From assembly GCA_027315455.1 (NCBI GenBank), contig DAHUXZ010000003.1:36484-100483 (forward strand): a DNA stretch of 64,000 nucleotides, in the 5' to 3' direction. The DNA comes from Thermoplasmata archaeon (GTDB lineage Archaea > Thermoplasmatota > Thermoplasmata > Lutacidiplasmatales > UBA184). The notes below the pieces were generated by a model that had not been told where the DNA came from, ran no database searches, and saw only the letters and a list, made by a program, of their open reading frames with translations. A program made the position numbers and the translations under genes. Shown here in pieces: positions 60,358 through 64,000 of this stretch; position 1 is the stretch's first letter, and each line of letters begins with the position of its first letter.

Positions 60358-61373
60358 GCGGACCGGCCTGGCGGGTCCCGCGGGCGGACGCCGAGGCGGT
60401 ACGACGCGAGCTCTCCCGGGCCGGGTGCCTTGCGCCGGGGGTGCGGGCGGAGCGGACGGGGGAGTTCGTGGTCTTCCCCCTCCTCCGGGCCCCCGAGGCC
60501 CCACCGACCGCCGGGCAGCTCATCGCCCACGATTTCCCCCCGCCCCGCGCTCCCGCGCCGCGGCGCTACGCCGACCTCCTGGCCTGGCCGGAGGAGGAAC
60601 GGCGCCGGCTCCCGCGCTCCTTCGACGTGGTGGGGGACGTCGTCCTCGTCCGCATCCCCGAGGCGCTCCGCGGCCGGTCGGAGGAGATCGGCGAAGCTCT
60701 GCTCGCGTTCGTTCCGGGCGCGCGCCTCGTGGGCCGGGACGAGGGCGTGCAAGGGGTCGAACGCCGTCGCCGGCTCGTCCGCATCGCCGGCGCCGGCGCC
60801 TGGCGGACCCGCCATCGGGAGAACGGGCTCGACCTGGCCGTCGATCTCGAGGCGGCGTACTTTTCTCCCCGGCTCGGGCGCGAGCACGCGCGCGTCGCGG
60901 CCGCCGTGCGGCCGGGCGAACGGGTCTACGACCTCTGCTGCGGCATCGGGCCGTTCGCGCTGGCGATCGCGGCGAGCGGCCGGGCCCGGCAGGTCGTCGC
61001 GGTCGACCTCAACCCCTCGGCGATCGCGCTCCTGCGCGAGAACGCCGAGCGGCTCGGGCTCGCCGACCGCGTGCGGCCGGTCCTCGCGTCGCTCGAGACG
61101 TTCCTTCCCGACGCCGGACCGGCGGAGCGCGTCGTGCTCAATCTCCCGCACGAAGGGATTAAGTATCTCGCCTCGGTGGGAGCGGTGGTGGCGCGCGCCG
61201 GTGCGCTCCACTACTATGAAGTGACCGCTCGCTCCGAGGCTGGCGCACCCGCCCGGCTGCTCACGACGCTCGGTGCCCCGGGGGCCTGGCAGCTGGCCGA
61301 CCGCCATGTCGTCCATCCCTATTCCCCGCGCTCGGACCTCGTCGCGTACGAGCTGCGGCGCGGGGAAGGGTAG
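60354..61373 (+). CDS. trm5: tRNA (guanine37-N1)-methyltransferase Trm5/TYW2 (Met-10+) family
   Basis: SFDVVGDVVLVRIP, AYFSPRLGREHARV, VYDLCCGIGPFALAIA, VAVDLNP, VVLNLPH. ATGA overlap with apgM. Confidence 0.8.
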   Translation: MSGPAWRVPRADAEAVRRELSRAGCLAPGVRAERTGEFVVFPLLRAPEAPPTAGQLIAHDFPPPRAPAPRRYADLLAWPEEERRRLPRSFDVVGDVVLVRIPEALRGRSEEIGEALLAFVPGARLVGRDEGVQGVERRRRLVRIAGAGAWRTRHRENGLDLAVDLEAAYFSPRLGREHARVAAAVRPGERVYDLCCGIGPFALAIAASGRARQVVAVDLNPSAIALLRENAERLGLADRVRPVLASLETFLPDAGPAERVVLNLPHEGIKYLASVGAVVARAGALHYYEVTARSEAGAPARLLTTLGAPGAWQLADRHVVHPYSPRSDLVAYELRRGEG

Positions 61374-61378
61374 GACCC

Positions 61379-63751
61379 ATGCCGTTCATCGTGAACCTGG
61401 CCGACGTCTCGGACTCCGACCTTCCCCTCGTCGGCGGCAAGGCCGGCAAGCTCGGGGAGCTCGTGCGGCAGGGTCTGCCGGTCCCGCCGGGGTTCATCGT
61501 CACGACCGAGACGTACCAGGCGTTCGTCGACGCGACCCCGCTCAAGGCCGAGATCCCCGACGCGCTGGCGACCCTCGCCCTGGAGCGCCCGGAGAGCGTC
61601 GATGCGGTGTCGCGCCGCATCCGCGACGCCTTCGAGGCGACGCCGTTCCCCCCCGAGCTCGAGTCGGCGTTGCGGGCGGCCTTCGACAGCTACGCGAACG
61701 AGCACGACGTCCGCTTCTCGGCCGTCCGCTCCTCGGCGACGGCCGAGGACCTCGAAGGGGCGTCGTTCGCGGGCCTCCAGGAGACCTATCTCAACGTCAC
61801 CGGCGCCGACGAGATCCTCAGCGCGATCCGCCGCTGCTGGGGCTCGCTGTTCACCCCGCGGGTGCTGGTCTACCGGGCCCGGAAGGGGTTCGACCACCGC
61901 TCCGTCCGCCTCGCCGTCCTCATCCAGAAGATGGTCGACTCCGTCGTGAGCGGCATCCTGTTCACCCGCGACCCCAACACCGGCGAGAACCACATGATCG
62001 TCGAGGCGGGGTGGGGCCTCGGGGAGGCGATCGTCGGCGGGGAGGTGACCCCCGACCACTACGTCCTCGACGGGGTGACGCACCGTATCATCCAGAAGCA
62101 GATCTCCGAGCAGTCGGTCCGCCTGCGTCGCAACGATTCCGGCGGCAACCGGCGCGAGACCGTTCCCGAGTCCGAGCGCCGGATGCAGAAGCTCCCGGAC
62201 GAGCGGATCGAGCAGCTCGCCTCCCTCGCCCAGTTGATCGAGTCGCACTACCGCCGGCCGATGGACATCGAGTGGTGTGCCGACGACGACGTGGTCTACA
62301 TCGTGCAGGCCCGCCCGGTCACGACGATCCCCCCGTCGAAGCGGACGGCCGCGGGGAACGCGCATGCGGCCGCCCCGGCGTCCCCGGCGCCGTCGGCGGC
62401 AGCGTCCGGTGGCGCGGGGGACGCGCCGATCCTCCGCGGGTTCGGAGCGAGCCCGGGGATCGCCGGCGGAGTCGCCCGCCTCCTCGCGGGCCCGGCGGAG
62501 ATGGACCGCCTGACGCAGGGGCAGGTCCTCGTCACCGCGATGACGACCCCGGACATGGTGCCGGCGATGACGCGCGCCGCGGCGATCGTCACCGATGAGG
62601 GCGGAATGACGTGCCATGCGGCGATCGTCTCGCGCGAGCTCGGAGTGCCGTGCGTCGTGGGGACGCGTTCGGCGACCCGCACGATCGCCGACGGGGCCGA
62701 GGTGACCGTCGACGGGAAGACCGGCGCGGTCTATCTCGGGCTCGAGCGGGCGCGGCGCTCGGCCCCCGCGCCCGCGGCGGCCGGAGCCTTTAGCATCGGG
62801 TCCGACGTCCACCACGGGTCCGTGCCGGTGACGGCGACGAAGATCTACGTGAACGTGGGCGTTCCGGAGAAGGCCGCGGAGTACGCCCGCCTTCCCGTCG
62901 CGGGCGTGGGCCTGTTGCGCATCGAGTTCATCTTCACCGCCCATGTGCGCGAGCACCCCCTCGCGCTGATCCAGCAGGGACGCGGCAAGGAGCTCGTCGA
63001 CCGTCTGGCGGCCGGCCTCTCCGAGGTCTGCCAGGCGTTCTACCCGCGGCCCGTGATCATCCGGACCTCCGACTTCAAGACCAACGAGTACCGCGGGATG
63101 CCGGGCGGCCAGCCGTTCGAGCCCGAGGAGGAGAACCCGATGATCGGCTGGCGCGGGTGCTCCCGGTACATCTCCCCCGTCTACCGCCCCGCGTTCCTCC
63201 TCGAGCTCGAGGCGATCCACCGCATCCGGACCGAGGGCGGGCTCAAGAACGCCCACGTGATGCTCCCGTTCGTCCGCAACACCTGGGAGCTCGAGCAGAT
63301 CGAGGAGATGATGCGGGAGAAGGGGCTCAAGCGCTCCCGCGACTTCCAGCTCTACCTCATGGCCGAGGTCCCGTCGACGGTGCTGCTCGCCCGGGAGTTC
63401 TCCAAGCACTGCGACGGCTTCTCGATCGGCTCGAACGACCTCACCCAGCTCGTCCTCGGGGCGGACCGGGACTCGGAGACGCTCGGACGGATGGGCTACT
63501 TCGACGAGCGCGACCCGGCCGTCCTGCGGGCCGTCGAGCTCCTGCTCGAGGGGGCGCACGCCGCCGGCCGGACCGTCGGCATCTGCGGGCAGGGCCCGAG
63601 CGTCTACCCCGAGTTCGCGGAGTTCCTGGTGCGGCGCGGCATCGACTCGATCTCCCTCAACGCCGACACGGTCCTCACCACGATCCGGACGATCGCCTCC
63701 CTCGAGCAGCGGATGAAGCTCGAGGGGATCCGTCGCTCGGCCCCGCCCTAA
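61379..63751 (+). CDS. ppsA: Phosphoenolpyruvate synthase (pyruvate, water dikinase)
   Basis: VGGKAGKLGEL, VRSSATAEDL..ASFAGLQETYLNV, GGMTCHAAIVSRELGVPCVVG (phospho-His), RTSDFKTNEY, FSIGSNDLTQL, CGQ. Confidence 0.95.
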   Translation: MPFIVNLADVSDSDLPLVGGKAGKLGELVRQGLPVPPGFIVTTETYQAFVDATPLKAEIPDALATLALERPESVDAVSRRIRDAFEATPFPPELESALRAAFDSYANEHDVRFSAVRSSATAEDLEGASFAGLQETYLNVTGADEILSAIRRCWGSLFTPRVLVYRARKGFDHRSVRLAVLIQKMVDSVVSGILFTRDPNTGENHMIVEAGWGLGEAIVGGEVTPDHYVLDGVTHRIIQKQISEQSVRLRRNDSGGNRRETVPESERRMQKLPDERIEQLASLAQLIESHYRRPMDIEWCADDDVVYIVQARPVTTIPPSKRTAAGNAHAAAPASPAPSAAASGGAGDAPILRGFGASPGIAGGVARLLAGPAEMDRLTQGQVLVTAMTTPDMVPAMTRAAAIVTDEGGMTCHAAIVSRELGVPCVVGTRSATRTIADGAEVTVDGKTGAVYLGLERARRSAPAPAAAGAFSIGSDVHHGSVPVTATKIYVNVGVPEKAAEYARLPVAGVGLLRIEFIFTAHVREHPLALIQQGRGKELVDRLAAGLSEVCQAFYPRPVIIRTSDFKTNEYRGMPGGQPFEPEEENPMIGWRGCSRYISPVYRPAFLLELEAIHRIRTEGGLKNAHVMLPFVRNTWELEQIEEMMREKGLKRSRDFQLYLMAEVPSTVLLAREFSKHCDGFSIGSNDLTQLVLGADRDSETLGRMGYFDERDPAVLRAVELLLEGAHAAGRTVGICGQGPSVYPEFAEFLVRRGIDSISLNADTVLTTIRTIASLEQRMKLEGIRRSAPP

Positions 63752-64000
63752 TCGGGACGGACGCGGCGCGGGGGCCTCCACCGGGGGGGACCCGGCGGGC
63801 CCGGCGGTGGGATCGCGAGCTGGGCGTCGCGCGGAAGCTCGAAGACGCGCCAACGCGCGGCGGGACGGAAGCCGAGGGGCGCGAGGCGTCGGGCCAGCCG
63901 CCCGGAGTCGTCCCAGATCGCCCAGTGCTCCGGCGCGTCCGCGCCCAGGGCCCGCAGCGCCCCGGCGACGAGCGCCGAGGCGTGCCCGCGGCCCCGCGCC
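63748..64000 (-). CDS. Probable GNAT acetyltransferase, C-terminal part only (5' end outside the window)
   Basis: The reverse frame reads ...ARGRGHASALVAGALRALGADAPEHWAIWDDSGRLARRLAPLGFRPAARWRVFELPR..., with an R-x-x-G-x-A acetyl-CoA motif. Stop TAG at 63748-63750 overlaps the ppsA stop. Confidence 0.4.
   Translation of the reverse strand, partial: ARGRGHASALVAGALRALGADAPEHWAIWDDSGRLARRLAPLGFRPAARWRVFELPRDAQLAIPPPGPPGPPRWRPPRRVRPD

Noticed and set aside
1-64000. CRISPR arrays, rRNA genes, large tandem or inverted repeats, and defence islands
   Set aside because: Reading through the window, I saw no regularly spaced direct repeats, no rRNA-like conserved stretches and no restriction, toxin or Cas-like proteins. 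The only repeated protein-coding units are the three paralogs at 47209-48948 and the PKD modules at 1-2408. I did not run a computational repeat search.

Overview
The window is very GC-rich and densely packed with archaeal chromosomal genes. Diagnostic archaeal genes are topoisomerase VI A and B, primase PriS, FEN-1, ribosomal protein eL41, a RIO kinase next to a KH protein, a PAC2 proteasome chaperone, archaeal-type phosphoglycerate mutase, geranylgeranyl reductase and a Pilin_N class III signal peptide. A Thermoplasmatota-like euryarchaeon is my guess only. A long minus-strand block holds an 11-gene nuoABCDHIJKLMN operon with no nuoEFG. That operon runs directly into geranylgeranyl reductase and a polyprenyl synthase, followed by a membrane protein, a nitrilase-family gene and top6B/top6A. 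Elsewhere there are coaBC, sucCD, ppsA, trm5, apgM, a formimidoyltransferase-cyclodeaminase, a riboflavin pyrimidine reductase, a NfeD-stomatin pair, several oxidoreductases and many secreted or membrane proteins. I found one RNA gene, a tRNA-His(GUG) that only folds if a 32-nt intron is removed from the T-loop. I saw no rRNA, CRISPR array, transposase or integrase. Most long alternate-frame ORFs in the track are high-GC artefacts. The main candidates for follow-up are: (1) a cassette of an RHH protein, an FtsZ/tubulin GTPase domain lacking its C-terminal half, and a tiny 2-TM protein; (2) three tandem paralogous secreted proteins ending in CxAxGxC, followed by a membrane zinc-ribbon protein; (3) a NuoI carrying four [4Fe-4S] motifs; (4) an aldo/keto reductase interrupted by TGA exactly at the conserved Trp codon; (5) a polyprenyl synthase with no canonical start codon; (6) a transmembrane PKD plus winged-helix regulator. 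All start codons, promoters and functional inferences come from reading the sequence by eye and have not been checked computationally.
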